From NCBI GenBank assembly GCA_019057865.1, contig JAHLWP010000002.1, forward strand, positions 166,465 through 230,464: DNA of 64,000 nt. The letters are read 5' to 3'. This DNA comes from Promethearchaeota archaeon (GTDB taxonomy: Archaea; Asgardarchaeota; Lokiarchaeia; Sigyniarchaeales; SOKP01). Numbering within the stretch: position 1 is the first letter of the stretch; every line of letters begins with the position of its first letter. The notes beneath the pieces were generated by a model. That model worked only from the letters and a program-made list of their open reading frames with translations. It made no database searches and had not been told where the DNA came from. The position numbers and the translations under genes were made by a program. Of the stretch, positions 38,966-50,219 are shown piece by piece.

Positions 38966-39577
38966 ATGGCAAAACGAAAAAAAGAAATTTGTCCGTATTG
39001 TGGAAAGAGTTTCGTTTATTTATCTCGTCATAAATGCAGAATTAAAGAACGAGTTGAAGGTTCTTCAGATGAGAAATCTGAAATGGAGAGAAGAGTTGAA
39101 AGAATGGAAGAAAAGAAGAAAGTATTTAACCGAACATTACGAAAAGATGAGGCAATGATCTTAAGCATTATTAATAGAAAAAAAGATTTATTTTTTAATG
39201 ATCTTTTAGAGTTGAGTAAAAAGAAACGAGATGAATTGGATCAAATCCTAGATGTTTTAGCAATGCAATCAAAAATAAGACTTAGACGAGAATTATTGGA
39301 GGCTTCCTGGACAAAACATATAACTTCAATTGAAGAAATTGATATAAAAACTAAAGAACTTAAAATTAACAAGAAACTGAAGCCTTTCATTTGGAATATG
39401 TTTTCAAGACAACCGTGCTTCATTTGTCCTTTCCGTGAAAAGTGTAATGAAACTAATTCAGATCAGTTTAATCCATATCATTGTCATTGGTTAACAGATT
39501 GGATTGAGGTATCACTAGAAGGAAAAGAATATAATGTCAATTTTGATGAAATTAAAGCAAGATTACAAAAAAGCTAA
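38966..39577 (+). CDS. RPC34/TFE-beta-like protein (Zn finger + wHTH + Fe-S cluster domain)
   Basis: C-terminal PCFICP...C...PYHCHWLTDW four-Cys pattern; central winged-helix-like region; N-terminal CPYC..HKC; likely ATG at 38966. Confidence 0.7.
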   Translation: MAKRKKEICPYCGKSFVYLSRHKCRIKERVEGSSDEKSEMERRVERMEEKKKVFNRTLRKDEAMILSIINRKKDLFFNDLLELSKKKRDELDQILDVLAMQSKIRLRRELLEASWTKHITSIEEIDIKTKELKINKKLKPFIWNMFSRQPCFICPFREKCNETNSDQFNPYHCHWLTDWIEVSLEGKEYNVNFDEIKARLQKS

Positions 39578-40213
39578 TTATATTTTCTGTAAGCCGATAA
39601 GATAAATTTCGTTACTTGTTTTTTTAGATGATTTTGGTTTATAAGATTTTAAATATTTAAATTCTTGCTTTACCTTTTTATAAAAATTATTAAAGTCAGT
39701 TCCTTGAAAAACTTTAATAACTAAACTTCCATTAATTTTTAGATTTTTTTTTGTTAAATCAATAATTTTAAGACAAAGGTTAATTTGTCTTATTTGATCA
39801 CTGAATTTATTACCAGATTTATTAATTGAAGCATCAGATAAGATTAAATCTAATTTCTTTGGAAAAAATGCATTTAATTCATCAATGAATTTTGGTTTAG
39901 TAAAATCCTCTTGGACTAGTTTAATTTTTTCAATTGGTGTTGTTTTTTTTATATCAACTCCCATAATTTTATAATGATCTCGATGATAATACTGATCATT
40001 ATATTTCTCTAAATTTTCTTCAGAGAATTTCCTTGCTACTTGCAACCATGAACCAGGAGCACATCCTAAATCTAAAATATAAAATGCTCGTTTAAAAATG
40101 TTGAATCTTTTTTGAATTTCTAATAATTTAAAAGCAGATCTCGCTCTATACCCTTCTTGTTTAGCACTTTTATAATGTGGATCTCTCCTATGCTCTTTTG
40201 AATTTCTAACCAT
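39578..40213 (-). CDS. rlmE: 23S rRNA 2'-O-methyltransferase (RlmE/FtsJ family)
   Basis: GYRARSAFKL, LDLGCAPGSW, K-D-K-E tetrad. Confidence 0.95.
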   Translation of the reverse strand: MVRNSKEHRRDPHYKSAKQEGYRARSAFKLLEIQKRFNIFKRAFYILDLGCAPGSWLQVARKFSEENLEKYNDQYYHRDHYKIMGVDIKKTTPIEKIKLVQEDFTKPKFIDELNAFFPKKLDLILSDASINKSGNKFSDQIRQINLCLKIIDLTKKNLKINGSLVIKVFQGTDFNNFYKKVKQEFKYLKSYKPKSSKKTSNEIYLIGLQKI

Positions 40214-40230
40214 CTTTTTTCAATAAAGAA

Positions 40231-41460
40231 TTAAATTTTTAAATCTAATAGACTATCCTTTATAAGGTTTAAACCCATATTTGTTTTAATTGAGAGAAAA
40301 TCAAAATGTGTTCTTGAAACCTTGTATCCTTTTTCCTTAATTTTGTTTTGAATTACATGCATCTTTGGAACGTAGGGCAACTTTAAGTTTTGACTCAATT
40401 TATGTATATTGTAATAAGAAACAGGCATATTAATTTCCTCTAATGCTAAATTTAAGAGCTTATCTATTCTATTCTTACATTTATATCCAATTTTTTGGTT
40501 TAAAATTAAAATTTCTTTGATAAATTGAATATCATGAATTTCCTCAAGCCACAATGGTCCTGCATAATCTAATGTATCCTTAGTATTACATAAGGGACAC
40601 TTTTCAAATATATGAAGGGGTTGATTTTTTAGAGTAGTTCTATATCCACAGTATTGGCAATGGATTATATATCCATAATTTTTAATGAATTTAGTTATTA
40701 TTTTTTTATTTTTAAAAGTTAGAGCAAAAATACGGATGAAATGTTTGTAAGAAAAAGTTAAAAGAGGAATGATACCTAAGTTATTGATATTTGCCATTCT
40801 TGAAATAAAATAAATCAAAATTCTTGCTCCAATTTCCTTACAATACTCACTATGAAGTGGCTTAGATAAATACTTTCTTATGCAAGCATTTTGTTTGATT
40901 CCAAACAATACAGGTGTATCTGTAGCAGTTACACATAATAAACCATTTACTTTTTGGATAGCTTTAAAGGCTGAATCTAAGTAGCGATTTGGGGTACCAA
41001 AGGGATCAATGGAGATTATATTTGGTTTATGTTTTTCTTGTTCTGATGTAAAGCAGTCATCTTGAACAATTTCAGACAAAAGGAAATTAGCATCTTTTCT
41101 TGAAATTTCAATTTTATGTTTTGGCTTGTCTAACTTATTTAAAGTGATATTTTTCTTAATTAACTTAATAGCAATGGGATTAATATCATTAATATATATT
41201 TTTTTAACATTTCTACATTCTTTTAGAATTCTAATAGAACTTACTCCCGATGCTGCCATAGAATCTACTATAATGAGACTTTTTTGACTGTAAATTTTAT
41301 TATATGCTGTTATTGCTAGATTAGTTATATCACGATTTATCATCATATTTTTATTATAAAAAACAACCATAGATTTTGAAGGAACTGTGTTTTCATCAAT
41401 AGCAAGAACATAAAAATCTGCTAATCCTTCCCTGTTTATTATGAAATCTTTTACTTCCAT
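40231..41460 (-). CDS. trm1: tRNA (guanine26-N2)-dimethyltransferase
   Basis: VFYN..M..NRD, IDPFGTP, VTATD and YAGPLW motifs; start taken at ATG 41460 (ORF track gives 41505). Confidence 0.93.
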   Translation of the reverse strand: MEVKDFIINREGLADFYVLAIDENTVPSKSMVVFYNKNMMINRDITNLAITAYNKIYSQKSLIIVDSMAASGVSSIRILKECRNVKKIYINDINPIAIKLIKKNITLNKLDKPKHKIEISRKDANFLLSEIVQDDCFTSEQEKHKPNIISIDPFGTPNRYLDSAFKAIQKVNGLLCVTATDTPVLFGIKQNACIRKYLSKPLHSEYCKEIGARILIYFISRMANINNLGIIPLLTFSYKHFIRIFALTFKNKKIITKFIKNYGYIIHCQYCGYRTTLKNQPLHIFEKCPLCNTKDTLDYAGPLWLEEIHDIQFIKEILILNQKIGYKCKNRIDKLLNLALEEINMPVSYYNIHKLSQNLKLPYVPKMHVIQNKIKEKGYKVSRTHFDFLSIKTNMGLNLIKDSLLDLKI

Positions 41461-41491
41461 TTTTTTATGTTTGAAAACATTATAATAATAA

Positions 41492-42181
41492 TTATTCAAA
41501 TCCATTTTCAGTTAAATTCAATGTAAAGTTATTTAACTCAATTTCAGGATCTTTAGTTAAAATTAATTTTCTTTCATTCAATTTTTCTGTTCTTGTTATT
41601 TTTATACTAAATTCCACCCAATATTTCATAACTTTACCGCCACTCTGAACTTCAATGATTTGATCATTGAAATTTTTTCTACTAATTTCGTTAATTATCA
41701 TAATTTCGATACCATAGGTTTTATTTATATAGAATAAATTTGCTAAGATCTGATTTAATTGGTAATTTAAATTATAATTCTTTTCTTTTTTATCTTTATT
41801 TAACTCTATTCGATATAAATTAGTTAAAGAATCTATAACAATTAAGTCAAAATTGATATTACTCTCATTCAGATATTTCAGAATCAAGAATTCAAAATTA
41901 AAAACAATATTATTCAATTCATCAAAATTAGTAGTTTGAATAAATATTATCTTATCTAATATTTTAAAGGAATCCTTTTGAATCATATCAATTTTCTCAG
42001 AAGGAAAGTTAGGTTTAGTATAAATATATATAACTCGTTTTCCAATTTTTGCGGTATTAATTGCTGTCTGAAGAGCAAATGTAGTTTTTCCAACACCGAA
42101 ATCCCCCCAAATAGAAAATATTCCTTTTAAAGGATCGGTGCTTTTGAAATATGCATTTAATTTCTGGGTTGGAAATTTCAT
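41492..42181 (-). CDS. radB: RadB-like recombination ATPase
   Basis: GDFGVGKT, LIVIDS...LYR and SGGKVMKYW motifs; 229 aa. Confidence 0.75.
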   Translation of the reverse strand: MKFPTQKLNAYFKSTDPLKGIFSIWGDFGVGKTTFALQTAINTAKIGKRVIYIYTKPNFPSEKIDMIQKDSFKILDKIIFIQTTNFDELNNIVFNFEFLILKYLNESNINFDLIVIDSLTNLYRIELNKDKKEKNYNLNYQLNQILANLFYINKTYGIEIMIINEISRKNFNDQIIEVQSGGKVMKYWVEFSIKITRTEKLNERKLILTKDPEIELNNFTLNLTENGFE

Positions 42182-42225
42182 TTAATTAAAAATTTTTAAT
42201 TTTATTTAATATTTATAATTATAAT

Positions 42226-43083
42226 TTGAGAAATAAAATTTTATATGTATATACGGAAAATTTAAATTTTTTTTATAGAATAAATAATGAACTTAACCGT
42301 CTAAATATTAAGTTTAAAATTTTAAATATAGGAGCTAAACTTCCATTTCATTCCTCCCTAATCCTTACAACTTCAGAAGATCTCCAACAATATAGAAACT
42401 CTAATAAAAATTTAAATTTCCTCATATATTCTAAAGATGATAATTTCAACCATTATATTCTAAAAGTAATCGCCGCTTATCGAATAGAATATAAAAATTT
42501 TTATTCAGAGCTGACATTTTCTATTGATCCAGGAACAAAACATATTGGAATGGTTGTTTTTTTAGATGATTATTACTTAAATTCTCAAACAACTTATGAC
42601 GAAAAAGCTTTTATCATGGTGATTAGAGATTATGTTGACTGTTTCCAAAAAAATAACCCAAAGTTATTAGAAGTAAACCTTAAATTTGGAAGAGGAATTC
42701 TGCAAATAACTATAAATTTGATAAAAGAAATTTATCAAGTTTTTAATAATAGAAGTCATTTGAAACTTTATTTAATTGATGAATCAAAATCCTCAAAAAT
42801 TAAAATTCAGGATATTAAAAAGAGAATAATGACAAAGCATGAAGTTTCTGCATTAATCTTAGCATTTAGGAATGGAATTGAAATGAATTATGCAAATAAT
42901 TTTGAAAATATTAGACAGAATAAATTTCAAAAGTTAAATACCATGGATAATAAAGAAAGACACATTGAAGAAGTCAATGATTCAGTAATCGATTTAAGAA
43001 ATATAATTGAGAAAGTATTAAACAATGAAATTTCTCTTAGTAAATCAATAGAAATGTTAAAGGATGATAAAAATTGTTTATAA
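42226..43083 (+). CDS. Protein with a YqgF/RNase H-like domain
   Basis: SIDPGTKHIG and IDESKSS motifs. Confidence 0.65.
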   Translation: MRNKILYVYTENLNFFYRINNELNRLNIKFKILNIGAKLPFHSSLILTTSEDLQQYRNSNKNLNFLIYSKDDNFNHYILKVIAAYRIEYKNFYSELTFSIDPGTKHIGMVVFLDDYYLNSQTTYDEKAFIMVIRDYVDCFQKNNPKLLEVNLKFGRGILQITINLIKEIYQVFNNRSHLKLYLIDESKSSKIKIQDIKKRIMTKHEVSALILAFRNGIEMNYANNFENIRQNKFQKLNTMDNKERHIEEVNDSVIDLRNIIEKVLNNEISLSKSIEMLKDDKNCL

Positions 43084-43168
43084 GAAAGTTGTTAACGATA
43101 GAGTCTTTATATCTTTGTGTATAACCCAACCATTAAAATAATTAATAGAACAATCCTTTGAAATTTTT

Positions 43169-44278
43169 ATGAAGAGATTAAAGAGTATCGATATTTTTCG
43201 AGGAATGGGAATGGTCTATATTATAGTAGGCCACATGATTGACTGGTGGACAAGACCTGAAGATGATTTTTTATTTTATATATATGTATCCCTTTTCTCC
43301 GCTATAGGAGCTGCTGGATTTGTATTTATTTCAGGAGTAAGTACTGCGTTATCTTATAGAAATAGGCTTGTTAAAGCTAAAACCTTAGATGATTATAACA
43401 AAAAGGTAATAAAAAAGGAATATCTATTTCGAGCATTTTTAGTTTTAATACTTGGGTTAATATATAATTCTATTGTAGCAATTGAATTTTTAGATCCCCT
43501 TCTAATTTGGAAATGGTTTATTATATTAACTGTTGCAGTTTGCCTTTTTATGGCTTGGCCATTTTTAAAGACTTCAAAATTGTTCAGATTATTAGTTGGA
43601 GCTATAGTATGGATTGTAAATCAATTTGTATTGATATTTTTATTACCCTTTGAAGAGCAAACCAATTTTTTTGGCGTAATATTCTTCATATTATACAATT
43701 CTTTAGATCAAAATCCTATATTGTCTTTTTTTACCTTCTTTTTAATAGGAACAGTAATAGGGGATATTATCTATGATATTTACCTAGTAGATGATGAAAT
43801 TGCTAGAAAAAGAGCTATAAAACAGAAAATTTTAGTTCCGTCATTAATATTTGGTATAGCTATGATTATGTTTAGTTTTTGGTTTTTATTACCTAATTTA
43901 TTTACCGAAAAAATTCTTACGATAAAAACAAACATTTGGTGGTTAATCTATTCATTAGGAATAGAATTAATTTTAATTCTAATTTTATTAGGCATTGAAG
44001 AATTTGAACTCATTAAAACTGAAAAAAGTTATAGATTTTTATATTATTTTTCTTATTATTCTCTAACCCTTTTTCTCGTACAAAATATAAATTACTTTCT
44101 TTTTTATGCTCTATTAAATAGATATAATATCTGGCTTTTTATTGTAGTGACGGTTATAGTATATGGTTTATTGTTAAGATTTTTGTATAAAAAATTAGGT
44201 CCCCAATATTCTTTAAAAGTTCAAATTGGTAGAATGGCGGTTTCTCTTGCAAGAACGGAAGAAGTAAAGAGTAAATAG
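43169..44278 (+). CDS. DUF1624 / HGSNAT-like membrane acyltransferase
   Basis: RLKSIDIFRG..M...H, FVFISGVS and SLTLFL motifs; multi-TM. Confidence 0.85.
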   Translation: MKRLKSIDIFRGMGMVYIIVGHMIDWWTRPEDDFLFYIYVSLFSAIGAAGFVFISGVSTALSYRNRLVKAKTLDDYNKKVIKKEYLFRAFLVLILGLIYNSIVAIEFLDPLLIWKWFIILTVAVCLFMAWPFLKTSKLFRLLVGAIVWIVNQFVLIFLLPFEEQTNFFGVIFFILYNSLDQNPILSFFTFFLIGTVIGDIIYDIYLVDDEIARKRAIKQKILVPSLIFGIAMIMFSFWFLLPNLFTEKILTIKTNIWWLIYSLGIELILILILLGIEEFELIKTEKSYRFLYYFSYYSLTLFLVQNINYFLFYALLNRYNIWLFIVVTVIVYGLLLRFLYKKLGPQYSLKVQIGRMAVSLARTEEVKSK

Positions 44279-44330
44279 AAATGAAATAATTAAGGAATAA
44301 TTAATTGTAAAAAGGAAAAAATTGCTTTAA

Positions 44331-45451
44331 ATGAAACCTCAAAGACTAAAAAGTGTTGATATTTTTCGTGGTTTATGCATGTCTTGGATGGTCTTGGCGC
44401 ATCTTATTGATTGGTGGTTAAAAAGTGAATATAATTGGCTACATAAAGCTTTAATAATGATCCTAGACCCAATTGGAGCTTCTGGATTTTTATTTATTGC
44501 AGGAGTGAGTACAACTTTATCATATCGAAGTAGACTTATTAAAGTTAAAATTTCAGAAGATTATAATTATAGAATGGTAAGAAATTCATACCTATTTCGA
44601 GCACTTTTCATATTTATAATTGCTATATTTTTCAATTTTTGTATAGCAGCACTACTTAGCGATCTTTCATGGATTTGGACTTGGTTTTTTTTATTAACAG
44701 TAGCTGTATCGCTTTTTATGGCTTGGCCCTTATTAAAGACTTCCAAAATGTTTAGAATTATTTTCGGAACAATAATTTTAATTGTAAATCAGTTTATAAT
44801 TGGATTTTTAGTGCCTTATAAAGGTGATTTAAACCTATTTGGAATACTGTTTCGTATTTTATATAGTGATATGCATCAAGATCCAATATTGACATTTTTT
44901 CCTTTTTTTCTATTTGGAACGGTTATTGGAGAAATTATATTCGACTCATATCTTAGAAATAATAAAAACGAAAGAAAAATGGTATTGAAAAAAAATCTTT
45001 TAATTCCGTCATAATAACTGGTATTCTTCTAATAATAATTGGGGTTATCTTTAATTTTCCTAATTTTTTAAATAGAGAAAATTTTTCATGGATAATATAT
45101 TCTTTAGGAATTAATTTAATTTTACTTACAATCTTATTAGCCTTTGAAGAGTTTAAGATTATTAAGACACAAAAAAGCTATAAGGTGTTATTTTACTACT
45201 CTTATTATTCTTTAACTATTTACTTAGCTCATAGTTTATTATATTTTCTATTTTATAATCAATTAAATGCATTTAATATCTGGATCTTAGTAGCAATGGT
45301 GTTTATTATTATATCTATATTATTCAGAGTCATTTATAAAAAATGGGAAGGTTATGCATCTATAAAAGTACAAATAGGGAGATTAAGTTCAGGTTTAACA
45401 ATGAAAATTGAAAATATAAGAGGAAAGAGAATCAATGAAAGAAAGAATTGA
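44331..45451 (+). pseudogene. Tandem paralog of the DUF1624 acyltransferase with a 1-nt deletion near 45012 (pseudogene or sequence error)
   Basis: The intact paralog reads CCG TCA TTA ATA, this copy reads CCG TCA TAA TA. The shifted frame stays open, aligns to the paralog and runs into ORF 45185-45451. Confidence 0.8.
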
Positions 45452-46217
45452 TATTCTATTAGTAGAACCGCGGTTAGTTGAAAGTAGAACTAAAGCGCAA
45501 TGGTTAATAAAGAATGGGTATGTTTTTGTTAAAGGAAAAAAAGTGTTGAAACCTGGAAAGAGAATAGACAATTCCCTTAATATTAAATTAGAGAAAGATT
45601 TCCCTTATGTAGGTCGTGGAGGTCTAAAATTAGAAGTTGCTCTAAAAGAATTTTCAATTACTGTTGAAGGGAAAACATGTATTGATATTGGAGCATCAAT
45701 AGGAGGATTTACAGATTGTTTGGTAAAACATGGAGCTTCAAAGGTATATGCTATTGATACTGCTACTGATCTACTTCATTCCTCATTAAGGTGCGAGAAG
45801 ATGAAAAATAAGGTAATGCCTATGTTAGGAGTTGATGCTCGTGATATAATAAATATTGAAGAGAAGGTTGATATTTGTACTATAGACGTTACCTTTACCT
45901 CCTTAAAAACAATTCTTCCAAATGTAAAAAGAATCTTGTCAGCTAATGGTGATATCATCGCATTAGTAAAACCACTTTTTGAGGCAGCCTTTCAAAATGA
46001 GATTAAATTTAAAATAATTCAAGATTCTAAGAAACTTTACCAAATTCTTTTAAATTTAATTCAATGGAATATTGAAAATCAATTATTCCCTTGTGGAATC
46101 ATTAAGTCTCCAATATCAGGCAAAGAGGGATCAATTGAATTTTTTATTCATCTAAGAGTAGAAAAGTTAAACTCAAACTTTAATTATCAAGGGAGATTAA
46201 AGGAGATCCTACATTGA
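45435..46217 (+). CDS. tlyA: TlyA-family rRNA methyltransferase (S4 + FtsJ domains)
   Basis: YVGRGGLKL, DIGASIGGFTD, LVKPLFE and SPISG..G.IEF motifs. Confidence 0.9.
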   Translation: MKERIDILLVEPRLVESRTKAQWLIKNGYVFVKGKKVLKPGKRIDNSLNIKLEKDFPYVGRGGLKLEVALKEFSITVEGKTCIDIGASIGGFTDCLVKHGASKVYAIDTATDLLHSSLRCEKMKNKVMPMLGVDARDIINIEEKVDICTIDVTFTSLKTILPNVKRILSANGDIIALVKPLFEAAFQNEIKFKIIQDSKKLYQILLNLIQWNIENQLFPCGIIKSPISGKEGSIEFFIHLRVEKLNSNFNYQGRLKEILH

Positions 46218-46241
46218 ACTTCAAGAGTTTTTAAATTTTTT

Positions 46242-47414
46242 TTATGTTTCGGGGTAGCTAGTAAAAATTTTACCCCACCCTGAGTTTAGGAATTTCTTTA
46301 TCAATTTTTTCCCTTTTGTAGGATACCAAAACATATCATGATATATTTTAGATGCATAAATAGGACCTAAAAAGAAGAGTTCACTTCGAAAAAGGGGGTA
46401 AATAAATTGTAGAGGACCTTTTCGAACCATTTGATCTCCCCAAATAACCAAGCTTCGTTTAACTTTGAATTTCCAATTAATTTCAGACATATTTTCTCCA
46501 ATAATTTCAATTTGATCGAAATCTCCACAGCCCAATCCTTCGTCATGCGCCATTTTTATAGCGGGTAATTTTAATGGTTCAAAACCTAGCATATGAGCCA
46601 CAGCTGCATCAACTGCTACTTGATCATATCCCGCTAGCAAAAAATTTTTAATACGCGGAATCATAGTTCTGGGACCTGCACCGTCTCCACAAACTGTACC
46701 ATCTACCACTGCAAATATGCTAGGGTGGATCTGCTTTTGAATAATTAATAGATCCACCAATACTTCAGACATATACTGATGACTAAAATGTCTTCTTTTT
46801 GTTAATAATCCACCAAACGCATTTTTCATTGCACATGTTATTCCACCATGTTTCATTACTCCTTTTGTTTTTTTTAAACTACCTCCTTCTGCACCGGTAT
46901 GGCCATGAGTTTTCATAGTTGGAAGATGAATTATAGGCTTCCCTACATAAAATTTAGGAATTTTAAAACCCTCTGGAAATATTTTTGAATCTAAAGCATG
47001 CAATTGTTTATTTTTTAACGTTATGAACTTAGATTTTAATGATTCATATGGAATAAAAGGAATTCGAGTTAATGGTATAAACCAAACGCCATACCTTTTA
47101 ATAATTGGGTTCCATTTATTTCCTTTTAAGCCTTTTTCAATGTTCGTAACAACAGTTCTATTCTCAGCAGTAAAAAGTTTTTTAGGATCATATCCATCTT
47201 CAATCATTGTTTTAATTAATCCTTCTACTTGCCATGGAGGGCTAGAACAAGCTGGAAAAAATTTAGACCAACTTAAGTTTAATTTAATGATAATTCTTTT
47301 ATCTTTATCGTAATATTTTTCATAATTCGCCATGTGTAATAATTTCTTATAGTCTTCTAAGACTGTTTTAGGAGAAGTTTTAATTACGAATATCTGAGAA
47401 CTTTCTGACTTCAT
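46242..47414 (-). CDS. DUF362 family Fe-S protein
   Basis: IKLNLSW, LPTMKTH, AMKNAFGG, GDGAGP and DQVAVDA motifs. Confidence 0.88.
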   Translation of the reverse strand: MKSESSQIFVIKTSPKTVLEDYKKLLHMANYEKYYDKDKRIIIKLNLSWSKFFPACSSPPWQVEGLIKTMIEDGYDPKKLFTAENRTVVTNIEKGLKGNKWNPIIKRYGVWFIPLTRIPFIPYESLKSKFITLKNKQLHALDSKIFPEGFKIPKFYVGKPIIHLPTMKTHGHTGAEGGSLKKTKGVMKHGGITCAMKNAFGGLLTKRRHFSHQYMSEVLVDLLIIQKQIHPSIFAVVDGTVCGDGAGPRTMIPRIKNFLLAGYDQVAVDAAVAHMLGFEPLKLPAIKMAHDEGLGCGDFDQIEIIGENMSEINWKFKVKRSLVIWGDQMVRKGPLQFIYPLFRSELFFLGPIYASKIYHDMFWYPTKGKKLIKKFLNSGWGKIFTSYPET

Positions 47415-47560
47415 AATTCAATCTGCTTTAATACTTTAACAATTTTATTGGGTTTTTTATATAAATATCTTCAAATCTAATTGTAAATATAATTACAAAA
47501 AAAATGAAATGAAGATTAATAAATAGAATAATAATTATTATAAAAAAAAAGTAAGCAAAA

Positions 47561-49327
47561 TTAATCTGAAATATAATCCATGCCCTTGTAAGACTTATAT
47601 TCTTTTTTAAAAGGGAGACACATCATATAATGATCTCCATCTAGATGAATCTTTCTTGGATTTTCTATATCACAACCTATGTGTTTATCTTTTTCAGGGC
47701 ATCTTGGATGAAAGGCACATCCTTTGGGAGGATTAATTGGACTAGGCACATCACCTTCTAGTATAATTCTAGTCCTTTTTGAAGAAGGATCAAATGTGGG
47801 TCGTGCAGATAACAAAGCTTTCGTATATGGATGACTAGGGTTATAAAATACCTCTTCAATTGTACCGGTTTCTACAAATTTACCTAAATACATTACAGCA
47901 ATTCTATCAGCAATATGTTGCACTACAGTAAGATCATGGGTAATAAATAAAAAGGATAGACCGAATTTTTTTTGAAGATCTTTTAATAGATTCAATATTT
48001 GTGCTTGAACCGATACATCAAGGGCTGATGTGGGCTCATCCAATATAATCACTTCAGGATTACATGCTAAAGCTCTTGCAATTACTATTCTTTGTTTTTG
48101 CCCACCTGAAAATTCATGAGGAAATCTATCTAGATGTTCAGATTTCATAGAAACTATTTCTAAGAGTTCTAGCACTCGACTTCGAATTCTTCTGCCCCTT
48201 TTCATACCTAGAAGAATTTTAAGAGGTTCACCAATAATATCTACAATTTTCCATCTAGGATTTAATGAAGAATCTGGATCTTGAAAAACCATTTGAATTT
48301 TTTTACGGATTTCTATATCAAACCTTAGCTCTTTATTAATTTCCTTAAGAATAGGTTTAAGTTCGTAAAAAATCTTCTTAATCCTTACTTCTTTTATGAT
48401 TTTCTCTGATCTATCCCTCAGAACATCTTTTAATACAGGTATATGAGAAGTTTCTTCTTTCAGCTTGCGAATTCTATCTTTAATTTCGTTTCTTTCCTCT
48501 TTAGCTAATTCTCTTTTATTACTTTTTAGTTGTTCTTTTAATTTTTTAATTTCTTCTTTTTTATTTTTCCTTTTCAAAAAGCGTTCATCCAATTCCCTTT
48601 TTAATTCATCTAGTTGGTCTAATAAGAATACTTCTTTAGAAAAACTTAATAAAATATAACGAAAAAAGATAATTGTTGCAGTCCAAACTTCAATTATATA
48701 GAACGAATATATGTATAGAACTATTGAACTCATTGATGGCAACATTGGGATAATAAAAAGATTTGATACAAATAATATCGTACAAATGACTGGCATCATA
48801 ACTATGAGAATACCATATAAAAGGGTCATGTTGGACAACATATACATAAGTGGTAATGTCGGAAGAAATGCGGGAATAGATATTCTTTTTTTGAATTTTT
48901 TGTTAAAAACTGATGATACGTAAAGAAAAACACCTCTAAGCCATTGAGTCAAAATTTTATATGTTATAGGATTATTTATTAAATTTTTTAGAGGTGATTT
49001 AAGAGGAAATTCTCTTTTCTTCCATATTTGTGTACCCTCTAAACTAATTGAACCATCAGTAGCATCTACTAGATTCAAAATATTGTTTCCTATAGTAGTT
49101 TTCCCACACCCACTCTCACCCACTAATCCAAGAGTTTCTTTTTTATAAAGGTTAAAAGATACATCATCAACCGCCTTAACCTCTCCAATTTTACGCTTGA
49201 AAATTCCACCATAAATCGGGTAATATGTTTTAAGGTGATCAACGGTGATAACTGTTTCTCTTTTCTTTTTTGGTTTTTTTACTTCTTCCAACTCAATTCT
49301 TTTTACTTTTTCTTCTCTTAAAGTCAT
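47561..49327 (-). CDS. dppF: Oligopeptide ABC transporter ATPase (OppF/DppF) with a large TM + coiled-coil insertion
   Basis: GESGCGKT, VFQDP, FSGGQ, LDEPT and GCAFHPRC motifs; about 230-aa insert before the Q-loop. Confidence 0.88.
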   Translation of the reverse strand: MTLREEKVKRIELEEVKKPKKKRETVITVDHLKTYYPIYGGIFKRKIGEVKAVDDVSFNLYKKETLGLVGESGCGKTTIGNNILNLVDATDGSISLEGTQIWKKREFPLKSPLKNLINNPITYKILTQWLRGVFLYVSSVFNKKFKKRISIPAFLPTLPLMYMLSNMTLLYGILIVMMPVICTILFVSNLFIIPMLPSMSSIVLYIYSFYIIEVWTATIIFFRYILLSFSKEVFLLDQLDELKRELDERFLKRKNKKEEIKKLKEQLKSNKRELAKEERNEIKDRIRKLKEETSHIPVLKDVLRDRSEKIIKEVRIKKIFYELKPILKEINKELRFDIEIRKKIQMVFQDPDSSLNPRWKIVDIIGEPLKILLGMKRGRRIRSRVLELLEIVSMKSEHLDRFPHEFSGGQKQRIVIARALACNPEVIILDEPTSALDVSVQAQILNLLKDLQKKFGLSFLFITHDLTVVQHIADRIAVMYLGKFVETGTIEEVFYNPSHPYTKALLSARPTFDPSSKRTRIILEGDVPSPINPPKGCAFHPRCPEKDKHIGCDIENPRKIHLDGDHYMMCLPFKKEYKSYKGMDYISD

Positions 49328-50219
49328 TTTAAATCTTCTTTTAAGTTGTAATTATTTTATTTTTAAATTTTTTTAGCTTTAACAATTTCTTATTCTTCCT
49401 ATTTGTATTTTGGAGAATCCTTATATCTTGGATCATAAAGATGACAAGCAACAAAATATCTATCTCCACTTTCAATTAATTGAGGCTTTACTTTATCACA
49501 AATTTCCATTCGATAATCGCATCTTGGATGAAATCTGCAACCTGAGGGAGGATAAATTAAGTTCGGAACCATTCCACGAATTACTTGCAACTTTTTACCC
49601 TTCTTTTCTATACTGGGGATTGCTGAAATTAATCCTTGAGTATATGGGTGCCGTGGCTTTTTAAATAATTCCTCAGCTGTTGCATATTCTGTGATATTTC
49701 CACTGTACATAACAGCGACTCTATCACACAATTCTGCGATAATTCCTAAATCATGAGTAATTAAAAGAATTGACGTTCTGAATTTCTTTTGTAAATCCTT
49801 CATTAAATCAAGAATTTGCGCCTGAATAGTGACATCTAAAGCTGTTGTTGGTTCATCTGCTATTAATAATCCGGGATTACACGAAAGGGCCATAGCAATC
49901 ATGATTCTCTGCCGCATACCTCCACTCAATTCATGAGGGTATCTTGTTAATATTCCTCTTGCATCAGCAATTCCTACTTCTTTTATGATTTTCTCTGATT
50001 TATCCCTAAGAACATCTTTAAATACAGGTATATGAGAATTTTCTTCTTTCAGTTTGCGAACTCTGTCTTTAATTTCGTTTCTTTCCTCTTTAGTTAATTC
50101 TCTCTTATTATTTTTTAGTTGTTCTGTTAATTCTTTAATCTCTTCTTTTTTATTTTTCCTTTCTAAAAGACGTTCATCCAATTCCCTTTTTAATTTATCT
50201 TGTTGGTGTAATAAGAATA
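48386..50219. repeat. 245-bp gapless direct repeat (48386-48630 and 49975-50219) shared by the two ABC ATPases
   Basis: Both copies encode LKRELDER.L.RKNKKEEIK...SHIPV.KDVLRD.SEKIIKEV; DNA identity is roughly 90% by eye. Confidence 0.92.

Noticed and set aside
46840-46900. About 17-aa insertion in the DUF362 protein as another BHB intron
   Set aside because: The only candidate helix (CCAT/ATGG) would excise 53 nt and break the frame, and there is no intron stem.
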